Assembly (NCBI GenBank): GCA_964484095.1
Contig: CAZAEB010000003.1
Location: forward strand, 1-32,572
Reading direction: 5' to 3'
DNA length: 32,572 nt
From: an uncultured Gammaproteobacteria bacterium
GTDB lineage: Bacteria; Patescibacteriota; Microgenomatia; UBA12405; BS750m-G30
The translations under genes and the position numbers were made by a program. Under the pieces are notes generated by a model. That model had not been told where the DNA came from and did not search any database. It worked only from the letters and a program-made list of their open reading frames with translations. Positions 16,716 to 25,323 of this stretch are shown in pieces; position 1 is the stretch's first letter, and each line of letters begins with the position of its first letter.

Positions 16716-18119
16716 TTAAAACAAGCGAAGAAGACCAGCGAATAAAAAGACAGAGCCAATAACAAATGCTGTCATGACCGGAAGCAAGATTCCTGTTTCG
16801 GGAACTCCGGAATCGGTTGCCGGCATAGTACTCCGAGAAAGATCTGTTGTCGGTGTTGGTGACAAAGTTGGAGTGTTAATCGGTGAAACCGACGGAGCAA
16901 CAGTTGTCGGGGTTGGCGTAGGCGTTGTTGTTTCTCCAGAAGGAGTAGCCGTAAAAGCAGGGTCATTCTCATCCCCAGCAGCTAGAACAACAAAATTTCT
17001 AACAAAAGATTTTTTCTCTCCTTGAGGAGTAGTATAATCAACCGTTAAGGTGTGACTCCCAAGCTCCAAATCCCCTGGCGGCGTCCACTGCCACTCTTCA
17101 CTATCTCCAATTTCCAAACTACTTTCATAGGCAACCGACGATTCGATAGTTATTTTCACCAATCCCAATTTCGGTCCCGTTCCAAATATCTCTGGCCGGA
17201 GAGTACTAACCGTTTCCCCATCGTTAGGACTGATAATTTCAAACTCTTTCTCTTTTTCATACAAAGATCCATTTGTGGCAAAATTACTGCCCCCTTCTTG
17301 TCCAGCATTGAAACCCAACTCGTTATCCTTAATAGAATCCTGATTAGTAAAATCACTATCTACTCCCAAAACAATATTTCTTACTGGACGATTATCCCTA
17401 GTAAAATTAACCACCAACGACCGCCCCATATTTCCTCCTTCAACAGAAATATTTTCTTTAACCTCTCCCTCTTGATAATTAGCAGGAGCAGAAAGACCGG
17501 CGTTGTAAGCAAAAGCTAAAGGTATTACCCAGATTCCCGATGAACTGGTCAGCGAGGATAGAGGAGCCATTCCGGGAATATCCAGATAAACTAAAATTCC
17601 TGAAACTGCTTCACCATTACTGTCAACAACCCTTCCAAAGGCCAACTTTGCCTCTGGAGGCTGTCCTGAATAGATGGCTGCGGTTTTTGCTGTCGATCTG
17701 TTTTCTGCCTCTCCCAAAAGATTATAACTCTTTCCCCCAGAAACCAGCTGGAACCGATATTCTGAACTTGGGTTTAATCCCTCAACTAAAACATAGTGAA
17801 GATAATAATTTTCTGAACTGCCAGAAACTCGATCGCGAACATCAAAAAAAATTCGCTCTTCACCATCAATAAATATTTTTATAAACCCTGTTGTTGCTGT
17901 TTGGGTTTCCCAGGAAACCGATAAAGAACGGTCAATAACATTGGTTACGTTGGCGCCTCTGGGAATAATTTGGGCGCTAGCACGAGAACCAAATATTCTT
18001 GTCTCGGAAATAAAATACAAAAGTGCTAAAGTTACCAAAAGAAAAAACAATCCCAATACTGTAGGAATTTTTCCCGTGCGAACTTTGCCTATAATAGCTG
18101 GTTTTTTTTTATTGGACAT
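16716..18119 (-). CDS. secreted surface protein: N-terminal TM/signal, Fn3/Ig-like domains, Thr/Pro-rich linker, VPETG sortase-like motif and C-terminal TM
   Basis: Hydrophobic N-helix then RASA; Fn3-like VSWET..HYV.VEGL.PSSEY; Ig-like WQWTP..L.LGSHTLTV; TTTPTPTPTT; VPETG at 16805-16791 then a hydrophobic tail. Confidence 0.7.
   Translation of the reverse strand: MSNKKKPAIIGKVRTGKIPTVLGLFFLLVTLALLYFISETRIFGSRASAQIIPRGANVTNVIDRSLSVSWETQTATTGFIKIFIDGEERIFFDVRDRVSGSSENYYLHYVLVEGLNPSSEYRFQLVSGGKSYNLLGEAENRSTAKTAAIYSGQPPEAKLAFGRVVDSNGEAVSGILVYLDIPGMAPLSSLTSSSGIWVIPLAFAYNAGLSAPANYQEGEVKENISVEGGNMGRSLVVNFTRDNRPVRNIVLGVDSDFTNQDSIKDNELGFNAGQEGGSNFATNGSLYEKEKEFEIISPNDGETVSTLRPEIFGTGPKLGLVKITIESSVAYESSLEIGDSEEWQWTPPGDLELGSHTLTVDYTTPQGEKKSFVRNFVVLAAGDENDPAFTATPSGETTTPTPTPTTVAPSVSPINTPTLSPTPTTDLSRSTMPATDSGVPETGILLPVMTAFVIGSVFLFAGLLRLF
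16800..16955 (-). repeat. low-complexity Thr/Pro/Ser-rich linker coding region
   Basis: Encodes TATPSGETTTPTPTPTTVAPSVSPINTPTLSPTPTTDLSRSTMP. Confidence 0.7.
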
Positions 18120-18459
18120 CCATAGAGGAAGATTCAGATTCTAACTGAGAAAGAGATTTGTAATAGTTATCAATCTCTTCTAAGGAAAAAAACTTCTTCT
18201 TTTGTGATTCTGAAATTAGCCCACTGTCAATCTCGGGGTTCAAAGGCTTTACTAAATAGGTGGATTTTTCAACCATCTCCTTGGAAAGCAAAAGATGATA
18301 TCCTTCTAGCATCACCCAGGTAAGGCTGGCAAAAAGAACAAAGACTGATATTATCACCAGGTTTTTTAATACCCTTTTTCTCCTTTTAATTACCGCCTTT
18401 CTGTTTTTTGACTCAACCATCTTTTTGATTTTTGGAACCAAATCTTTTTTTTCTACCAT
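18109..18459 (-). CDS. small single-TM protein at the pilP position of a pilNO cluster
   Basis: Basic N-terminus, one TM helix, PLNPEID; overlaps both neighbours (translational coupling). Confidence 0.6.
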   Translation of the reverse strand: MVEKKDLVPKIKKMVESKNRKAVIKRRKRVLKNLVIISVFVLFASLTWVMLEGYHLLLSKEMVEKSTYLVKPLNPEIDSGLISESQKKKFFSLEEIDNYYKSLSQLESESSSMDVQ

Positions 18460-19085
18460 TAGTTTATAAAGTATGGCAATAAACCAAAAACAGAAACATT
18501 AACCCAGCCCGTCGGCAAATCTTCAGAAACAGATATCGAATAACCATCAACGACAAAAACTCTCCTTACCTTCAAAAGATCGTCCAAAAACAATTTAATC
18601 GCTTCATAATCACCAGAAAAAGAAGCAGAATAACTGACTCCCGTGGTTGCCTGATCTTTACTGGAAGCTGGCCTCGTAACCTTGCTGGAAAAAAATTTCA
18701 CCTCCGAAAAAGTGACCGAATCCACAATTAATCCTTTTTCTAAACCTAATCCCACTAGTTGAGCCCCACCTTTGGCCAATTGAGGAAGCTGAGGATAGGC
18801 TTCATCGAGATAAGCAATTTCTCCCTGAATAGAGGCAAAATTTGTTTGAGCAGCAATTACCTGATTGATTTTTTTGCCCATCTTTTGAGAAAGCTCTTTT
18901 TTGTTCTCAATCTCTGAAAGAAGGGTTGATATCGCCCTGACCGTTGGCCTGATTGCAAAAACTACAAAAAAAGCAATTGCCAGTAAAGTAATCGTCAACT
19001 CGCCATAACGCCAAACTTCCTCTTTATTTTTATAATTTTTATACGTCCGACCTGCCTTGAAAATTAAGTTAGACTCTTTGATCAT
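18459..19085 (-). CDS. pilO: type IV pilus assembly protein PilO-like
   Basis: N-terminal TM (FAIRPT), coiled coil, ferredoxin-like C-domain with G.YEAIKLFL..L..VRR; directly follows pilN. Confidence 0.72.
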   Translation of the reverse strand: MIKESNLIFKAGRTYKNYKNKEEVWRYGELTITLLAIAFFVVFAIRPTVRAISTLLSEIENKKELSQKMGKKINQVIAAQTNFASIQGEIAYLDEAYPQLPQLAKGGAQLVGLGLEKGLIVDSVTFSEVKFFSSKVTRPASSKDQATTGVSYSASFSGDYEAIKLFLDDLLKVRRVFVVDGYSISVSEDLPTGWVNVSVFGLLPYFIN

Positions 19086-19632
19086 TCTGTTTAAGGTTAA
19101 CTTGTAAATTTATACTTGTCCCCGAAGATAGTTTTTCTTTTTTAATCATCCCCACCCTTACCGATTCCACCTCCGGATCGGCAATAATATTGTTAATAAA
19201 TTGAGCTAAACTCGACTCTGAATAGACCAGAATCGATAAAGAAATGGTTGATTTTTCCGAAATTTTATTAAATCGATAATTATTAACCACAATATCGTCA
19301 GGAATCTGGCGGGCAATGACAACTAAAGGACTGGCAAGATCCTCATTTTTCCCGACCAGTTTATTGCCCTGAGAAATCCTTTCCTGAACAACTCTAAAAT
19401 CATTTTCAAATTCAACGACGCTTTCCAATATTGCCCTCTTTTGGCGAAGATCTGCCGACAAATCAGAATTCTTTCTATCCAACCAAAAACGAGAAATAAA
19501 AGCGGCAATAACGATAAGTTCAGTAAAAACGACAATAAATCTACCTACCGTTGTCAGCCAGCTAACCACTCTGCCCAGCAAAGTAAAGTCAAAAGACTGA
19601 TCAGTAAGAAGGGATATTTCTTTTTTGGCCAT
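19069..19632 (-). CDS. pilN: type IV pilus assembly protein PilN-like
   Basis: N-terminal ISLL (variant of the PilM-binding INLL motif), TM, coiled coil, IP.DI and LAQFINN core. Confidence 0.72.
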   Translation of the reverse strand: MAKKEISLLTDQSFDFTLLGRVVSWLTTVGRFIVVFTELIVIAAFISRFWLDRKNSDLSADLRQKRAILESVVEFENDFRVVQERISQGNKLVGKNEDLASPLVVIARQIPDDIVVNNYRFNKISEKSTISLSILVYSESSLAQFINNIIADPEVESVRVGMIKKEKLSSGTSINLQVNLKQNDQRV

Positions 19633-19640
19633 TCTGAATC

Positions 19641-19669
19641 AGTATATTAAACTAAAAACCAAGTGTCAA
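19641..19669 (-). promoter_or_regulatory. consensus sigma70 promoter TTGACA-17-TATACT for pilN and downstream genes
   Basis: -35 at 19669-19664 (overlaps murJ TGA), -10 at 19646-19641, 8 nt before ATG 19632. Confidence 0.7.
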
Positions 19670-21348
19670 AAGCTAGTCGGAGACTCCAAAACTTCTTTCT
19701 GTTTTTGAATCTGATCCCCGGAAGAAGCAATCACCTGTTTTAATGATCTAAACCTCTTTATTAAATTAAGATAGGCTTTAATCTCCTCCACCTTCAAGCC
19801 GAAGGAAAGCATCAGATAAATAATCATTCCACAAATAACCGAAATCGAGGTTAACAGCATCAACCCGACAACCCGCGAAGTATCAATAAAATAAATATCT
19901 AAACCTCTCATTGCCGCCCAGGAAACTGCTCCTGAAAAAGTGGCTGAAATGCCAACCTTGCCCAAAAACACGAATATTCTCCGCCATGGAAAATATTTCA
20001 CTTTTTTAGAGATAAAAAAGAAAAGAACTAAAAACTGGAAAATGCTTGCCAAGGAAATTGCCAAAACCAATCCTAAAATTCCCATATTGAATACATAAAC
20101 CCCTAAAACTCCAATGACAACACTAATCACCAAAGATATTGCCGCCACCCAAAACGGAGTCCTAGTGTCTTGCAAAGAATAAAAACCCCTGGTAATAATT
20201 TGAATGCCGGACTGAGCAATTATTCCTGGGGCCAAGAAAGCCAATGCTTGGCCAGTTTTCAATGTTGCCTGCCAAGGAAATCCTCTTGTTCCAAATGCCA
20301 ACCGAATAATCGGAATCCTAAGCACCAAAATCGCTACCGCAACAGGAATAGTTAAATAAAGGGCCTGAAGAAAAGAATCAACCAAAATTTTTGTAAACTC
20401 CTTATCCTTTTTCTGTGAATAAGAAGAAGAAAGCGCCGGCAGAGCCGCTTGGCCGATAGTTGCCCCAAAAAGCCGGGAAGGAAGCGACCCTAAATGCTGA
20501 GCAAGATACAAAAGTGACAAAGACCCAGTCGGCAAAGATGTCGCCAGAAACAAAACTACTGTTGACTCAATTTCGCCCAGTCCCAATGACAAACTTCTAG
20601 GAACCATCAGTCGCACAATTCTTTTGACTCCTGGAAGACTAAAAGAAAATTCCGGCTTAAGTTTAAAACCCAGACTGGCCACCAAAGGCAATTGAATAGC
20701 AAAATGAAGAAATGAACCAATCAAAACACCAACCGCTGGACCATAAATTCCCAAGACAGGAGATAAAATAACTATCCCGAAAATAATTCCTAAATTATAA
20801 ACAACCGGAGAAAAAGCAGGAACTAAAAATCTTTTATTCACTTGCAGTATTCCTGTTAAGAAATTACTCAGCAAAAAAAACAACTGGGCGGCAAGCATCA
20901 ACCGGGTCAAGCTGGCCATCAGGTCTACTTGCTCAGATGAAAAACCCGCAGTGATAAGAGATGAAAGCGGACGAGCAAAAATAAAAACAACAACAGAAAT
21001 TCCAAAAAAGATTAAAAACAAAAGAGTTATTGTTGATCTGGCCAGACGATAAGCATTTTTTTTATCCTCGTTTAGCGCTCCTGAAAAAACAGGAATAAAT
21101 GCCGCCGAAAGCGCCCCGATCACCAAAAGCTTAAAAATTATGTCAGGAATTCTAAAAGCAGCATTGTAGGCATCTAACTGACTGGTGCAACAGGAGTAAA
21201 ACTGAGCATATAAAAACCTGTCCCGCAAGATCCCCAATAAGGCAGATATGGTAAATGCAAATCCCAAAACAAAAGCTGCCGAAAGAATATTTGTCTGCTT
21301 GCGAGAAAGAATGTTTTTGCCATTAGTAAACAAATCTTTCAAAGTCAT
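19666..21348 (-). CDS. murJ: lipid II flippase MurJ (MviN)
   Basis: LGILRDR, DAYNAAFRIPD, GALSAAFIPVF, P.VYNLGII, RGFYSLQDTRTP; about 14 TM helices. Confidence 0.93.
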   Translation of the reverse strand: MTLKDLFTNGKNILSRKQTNILSAAFVLGFAFTISALLGILRDRFLYAQFYSCCTSQLDAYNAAFRIPDIIFKLLVIGALSAAFIPVFSGALNEDKKNAYRLARSTITLLFLIFFGISVVVFIFARPLSSLITAGFSSEQVDLMASLTRLMLAAQLFFLLSNFLTGILQVNKRFLVPAFSPVVYNLGIIFGIVILSPVLGIYGPAVGVLIGSFLHFAIQLPLVASLGFKLKPEFSFSLPGVKRIVRLMVPRSLSLGLGEIESTVVLFLATSLPTGSLSLLYLAQHLGSLPSRLFGATIGQAALPALSSSYSQKKDKEFTKILVDSFLQALYLTIPVAVAILVLRIPIIRLAFGTRGFPWQATLKTGQALAFLAPGIIAQSGIQIITRGFYSLQDTRTPFWVAAISLVISVVIGVLGVYVFNMGILGLVLAISLASIFQFLVLFFFISKKVKYFPWRRIFVFLGKVGISATFSGAVSWAAMRGLDIYFIDTSRVVGLMLLTSISVICGMIIYLMLSFGLKVEEIKAYLNLIKRFRSLKQVIASSGDQIQKQKEVLESPTSF

Positions 21349-21354
21349 TTAGCA

Positions 21355-21363
21355 AATATATCA
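21355..21363 (-). promoter_or_regulatory. extended -10 (TGaTATATT) for murJ, leaderless spacing
   Basis: 6 nt before ATG 21348; TTGTGG lies 17 bp upstream. Confidence 0.5.
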
Positions 21364-21368
21364 CGCCC

Positions 21369-21397
21369 TTGAATTACCCACAAGAGACTGATAAAAT
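21369..21397 (+). promoter_or_regulatory. sigma70 promoter TTGAAT-17-TAAAAT with extended TG for rpsT
   Basis: -35 at 21369-21374, TG at 21389-21390, -10 at 21392-21397. Confidence 0.6.
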
Positions 21398-21431
21398 ACT
21401 GGCGCAGTAAATTAAAGATTAATTTTTATTT

Positions 21432-21752
21432 ATGCCAATAACAAAATCAGCCAAAAAGGCTTTGAGAGTATCAAAAAGAAAAGAAGACATTAACCGCAAG
21501 GTAAGAGAAAAAGTTAAAAAAGCGGTTAAAGAGTTTGAAAAAAGACTAACCCTAGAAAGTCTTGGGGTAGCTTATTGTGAAATAGACAAATCAGCCAAAA
21601 AACATATCATTCACAAAAAAAAAGCCTCAAGGATTAAATCAAGATTGGCAAGAATGCTAAAAAACAAATCTTCTGAAAAAAAACCAACTGCTCCAAAAAA
21701 ATCCAAAAAGACCGCTGGAAAAAAGACCAGCGGTAAAATGTCAAAAAAATAA
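21432..21752 (+). CDS. rpsT: 30S ribosomal protein S20 with a Lys-rich C-terminal extension
   Basis: MPITKSAKKALR, IDKSAKKHIIHKKKASRIKSRL. Confidence 0.93.
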   Translation: MPITKSAKKALRVSKRKEDINRKVREKVKKAVKEFEKRLTLESLGVAYCEIDKSAKKHIIHKKKASRIKSRLARMLKNKSSEKKPTAPKKSKKTAGKKTSGKMSKK

Positions 21753-21805
21753 ATTCCCCAACTCAATTAAGATTGGGGTATAATTTTTAAAAGCAAGGAT
21801 TTTTT

Positions 21806-23233
21806 ATGGATAAAAAAAGATTTTTCGTCACCACGCCAATTTACTACGTCAATGACATACCCCATATTGGTCATGCCTGCACCACAATAATTGCCGACAT
21901 TATCGCCCGCTATCAAAGATTATCCGGAAAAGAAGTGTTTTTTCTAACCGGCACTGACGAACATGGAGCCAAAGTAGCTCAAGCGGCGGAAAAAAAAGGC
22001 TTAAGGCCTATTGATTTTTGCGACCAGATTTCCAAGCAATACCAAGTAGTCTGGAAAAAACTTAACATCTCTAACGACTACTTTTTCAGAACCACTTGCC
22101 AAGATCATAAAAAACTCGTTAGTGAAATTTTAAATAACATTTACCAAAAAGGAGATATTTACAAGTCTATATATAAAGGACTTTATTGTATTGGCTGTGA
22201 AAAATTCCTAACTGAAACTGATCTAGTTGATGGGAAATGCCCTCTTCATCCCCCAGAACAAACAGTACAGCAGGAGGAAGAAAACTGGTTTTTTAAAATA
22301 ACTAAATACATTCCTAAAATTATTAAACTCATCGAGAGTGACGAAACCAACTACATTATCCCAGAGGGAAAAAGGCGGGAAGTATTGGCAAAACTAAAAA
22401 CCATTGATCGAAACATCTCAATATCAAGAGCTAATGTTGAATGGGGAATCCCCATTCCTTGGGATAAAAATCAAACCATCTATGTTTGGATTGAGGCTCT
22501 CCTTAATTACTACACCGCCACCAGATTTTTAAAAGATAAAAAAGATTTTTGGCCGGCAGATATCCACATTTTAGGCAAAGAAATTCTTACCTTTCATACT
22601 GTTATCTGGCAAGCAATCTTGCTATCTGTCGATCTTCCACTTCCTAAAAAAACTATCATTCATGATTTCTATATCATTGACGATAGAAAAGTTTCAAAAT
22701 CCCTCGGCAACATGATCTCTCCCGATGAACTTTTAGAAAAATTTGGTATTGACGGAACCAGATATCTTATTGCCGCCTCTTTTCCCATCGGCGGAGATAC
22801 CAATGTAAGTATTAAAAGATTTACCCAAAAATACAATGCCGACCTGGCAAATGGGCTAGGAAACCTTGTTTCCAGAGTTGCTAAACTGGCAGAGAAAAAT
22901 AACATCACCGTCTCAACTACAAAAATTGAAAAAAACAGCGAGATTGGGAAATTCATTAAAACTGCCAACACTCCCGAGGCTCTTTTTACTATTTGGAATA
23001 AAGGAGTAAACAGTGTTTCTGGAGCCAACAAAAGCTTTAATGATCAAAGAATCTGGGAGAAAAAAGGCCAAGAACTGGAAAAATCCCTAAAAGAATCAAT
23101 AAGCACAATTCTAAATATTACTAGTGAAATCGAGCCCTTTATGCCTCAAACAGCAAAACAGATTAGAAAAATATTTGCCAGAGGGAAACCAATAAAAGCC
23201 CCAAAAAAGCCACTATTTCCCAGAATTGCATAA
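21806..23233 (+). CDS. metG: methionine--tRNA ligase, short form without the C-terminal tRNA-binding domain
   Basis: TTPIYYVN..PHIGH, TGTDEHG, Zn knuckle CIGCE..CPLH, WGIP, KVSKS (KMSKS), LAN.LGNLVSR. Confidence 0.95.
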   Translation: MDKKRFFVTTPIYYVNDIPHIGHACTTIIADIIARYQRLSGKEVFFLTGTDEHGAKVAQAAEKKGLRPIDFCDQISKQYQVVWKKLNISNDYFFRTTCQDHKKLVSEILNNIYQKGDIYKSIYKGLYCIGCEKFLTETDLVDGKCPLHPPEQTVQQEEENWFFKITKYIPKIIKLIESDETNYIIPEGKRREVLAKLKTIDRNISISRANVEWGIPIPWDKNQTIYVWIEALLNYYTATRFLKDKKDFWPADIHILGKEILTFHTVIWQAILLSVDLPLPKKTIIHDFYIIDDRKVSKSLGNMISPDELLEKFGIDGTRYLIAASFPIGGDTNVSIKRFTQKYNADLANGLGNLVSRVAKLAEKNNITVSTTKIEKNSEIGKFIKTANTPEALFTIWNKGVNSVSGANKSFNDQRIWEKKGQELEKSLKESISTILNITSEIEPFMPQTAKQIRKIFARGKPIKAPKKPLFPRIA

Positions 23234-23235
23234 AC

Positions 23236-24015
23236 ATGATCGACACTCACGCCCATCTTAATTTTCCTGACTATAAAAACACTCTTAACTCGGTAATCCA
23301 AAATGCCCAAAAATCCGGAGTTGAAAAAATAATTTGTGTAAGCAGTAACATCGGTGACTCAATAAAAGCGATAGAGATTGCCAAAAAATATCCCGGAGTC
23401 GTTTATGCCGCTGTTGGTATTCACCCTCAGCAAACTGATCCAGAAAACAAAGATTCTTTAAAATTACAAATAGAAAAGCTTAATAAACTTGCTTGTTTGA
23501 AAGAAGTAATCGCAATCGGAGAGAGCGGTCTTGACTACTCGCCCGCTCCTCCTCCAGAAAAAGACCGATCAAAAAAAGATCAGATTTTTTTGTTTGAAAA
23601 ACAAATAGAACTGGCAGTCTTGAAAAACATTCCTATTGTTGTTCATACTCGCAAGGCCTTTGATGACACCTTAACCACATTAGAAAAATATCAAAAAGTA
23701 AAAGGAGTTATTCACTGCTACTCTGCTGGGAAAAAAGGAATAGAAAGGGTGGTCAATCTCGGTTTTTGTTTCGGAGTTGATGGTAATTTAACCTATGATA
23801 AGGGCTTGCAAAACGTATTTACTCAAATTCCTCTGAAAAAAATAATTTTAGAAACCGACTCGCCTTTTTTAACTCCAGAGCCTAAAAGAGATCAAAGAAA
23901 TGAACCGGGATTCCTGCCTTACTCGGCAATGAAGCTGGCAGAAATTAAAAACACTTCAAAAAAAGAAGTTAATAAAATAACCACCAAAACAGCTCGCCGT
24001 CTTTTCCGGTTGTAA
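23236..24015 (+). CDS. tatD: TatD-family deoxyribonuclease
   Basis: DTHAHL, GIHP, IGESGLDY, VHTR, HCYS, ETDSPFL.P, RNEP. Confidence 0.93.
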   Translation: MIDTHAHLNFPDYKNTLNSVIQNAQKSGVEKIICVSSNIGDSIKAIEIAKKYPGVVYAAVGIHPQQTDPENKDSLKLQIEKLNKLACLKEVIAIGESGLDYSPAPPPEKDRSKKDQIFLFEKQIELAVLKNIPIVVHTRKAFDDTLTTLEKYQKVKGVIHCYSAGKKGIERVVNLGFCFGVDGNLTYDKGLQNVFTQIPLKKIILETDSPFLTPEPKRDQRNEPGFLPYSAMKLAEIKNTSKKEVNKITTKTARRLFRL

Positions 24016-24030
24016 TTATTTCTATTTCTT

Positions 24031-24039
24031 TGCTAGACT
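24031..24039 (+). promoter_or_regulatory. extended -10 (TGcTAGACT), leaderless spacing
   Basis: 6 nt before ATG 24046. Confidence 0.5.
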
Positions 24040-24045
24040 TCAATA

Positions 24046-25323
24046 ATGGAAACGCTTTTTAATTGTAGTCTTTGGGGAGATGAGGCATTTAGTGCAGTTT
24101 TAGCTCAGAGACCTTTTTTTGAAATGATTGGTGTTGTCGCCAAGGACACTTCTCCACCTCTTTTCTATATTATTATGTGGTCCTGGTTTAAAATTTTCGG
24201 TTCATCAGAAATTGCCATAAGAAGCTTAACTCTGCTTTTTTATCTTGGAACAATCACTCTTGTTTACCTAATTTCCAAAAAGCTTTATAATAAAAAAACA
24301 GCCATCCTCTCGGTCTTACTGACCTTTTTTAACCCGTTTTTATTTCCCTATGCTTTTGAAGGAAGAATGTATTTTTCTCTTCTCTTTTTTACCGTTCTTT
24401 CTTTTTATTTTCTGGTCTCAAAAAACCGCTGGGGATACATTCTTGCTGCCGCAGCAGCCATATATTCCCATCATTTTGCCTTCTTGGTATTGTTTGCCCA
24501 ATTTCTCTGGCTAATATTTGACCAGCCAAATAAAAAAAATATCCTAAAAACCATAAAAGACTATTTGATTATTGGCGTGCTTTACATTCCTTGGCTGTAT
24601 CCTCTTTATCTGCAAACCAGCCTAGTTTCCGAAGGATTCTGGCTGGGAAAACCAAAACCAGCAGATCTGGTTAATATATTTATAAACTTTTTAAACAACA
24701 AGCCCCTTGCCCCCATTCACAAAATTACCCCACTTCTTGCCGGAACTCTTTTAGCACTAAGAAAATGGCAAAAGAAAGACTTGCTTTTGGTTTTTTGGCT
24801 AACGATTCCGCCAATAGTTGCTTTTGGTATCTCTCAAACAAGTTTGAAAATTTTTTATGAGCGCTACCTTCTCTACTGTGTCCCTCCCTTGGCAATCCTT
24901 CTTGCATCACGTTGGCGAAAAATCTCTTTGCTTTTAATTGCAATTTTGGCTGTTTTTTATTTACAAATTAGCTATGCTCAATTTACAAAGCCATTTAAAA
25001 AACCTTTCCGAGAATTTTCCGACTGGATTAAAAACAACAGCTCTGATATTTCAATTATTAACTACAATGGTGGCGCCCATCATCTTTGGGAAACAAAGTA
25101 CTATCAGATAAATGCCCCGATTTATTCTCCTGGAGGAGAACTGCCTTTTTTTGTCGGCACCGCCCAAATGAAGCCTGAAGATGTCATTTATCAGCTGCCG
25201 GAAAAAAACACAATTGGAGTGGTTACCAGCGACGATCCTCAATCAGTAAAAATAGCAGGATATACGATAACTGAAATTTATAGGCTAAACTCATTATCTT
25301 TTCTAGAAATGGACAGAGAGTAA
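24046..25323 (+). CDS. GT-C glycosyltransferase (ArnT/PMT-like)
   Basis: SLWGDEAFS, DTSPPLFY, EIAIR, EGRMY, ERY; multiple TM helices. Confidence 0.82.
   Translation: METLFNCSLWGDEAFSAVLAQRPFFEMIGVVAKDTSPPLFYIIMWSWFKIFGSSEIAIRSLTLLFYLGTITLVYLISKKLYNKKTAILSVLLTFFNPFLFPYAFEGRMYFSLLFFTVLSFYFLVSKNRWGYILAAAAAIYSHHFAFLVLFAQFLWLIFDQPNKKNILKTIKDYLIIGVLYIPWLYPLYLQTSLVSEGFWLGKPKPADLVNIFINFLNNKPLAPIHKITPLLAGTLLALRKWQKKDLLLVFWLTIPPIVAFGISQTSLKIFYERYLLYCVPPLAILLASRWRKISLLLIAILAVFYLQISYAQFTKPFKKPFREFSDWIKNNSSDISIINYNGGAHHLWETKYYQINAPIYSPGGELPFFVGTAQMKPEDVIYQLPEKNTIGVVTSDDPQSVKIAGYTITEIYRLNSLSFLEMDRE

Noticed and set aside
16772-17872. Several alternative or antisense ORFs (66-155 aa) inside the surface-protein gene
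   Set aside because: Shadow ORFs of low-complexity, stop-poor coding sequence; no recognisable motifs
21756-21778. CCCCAA..TTGGGG hairpin after rpsT as a terminator
   Set aside because: Only a 6-bp stem with an 11-nt loop and an interrupted U-tract; the adjacent TATAAT (21779-21784) fits a metG -10 equally well
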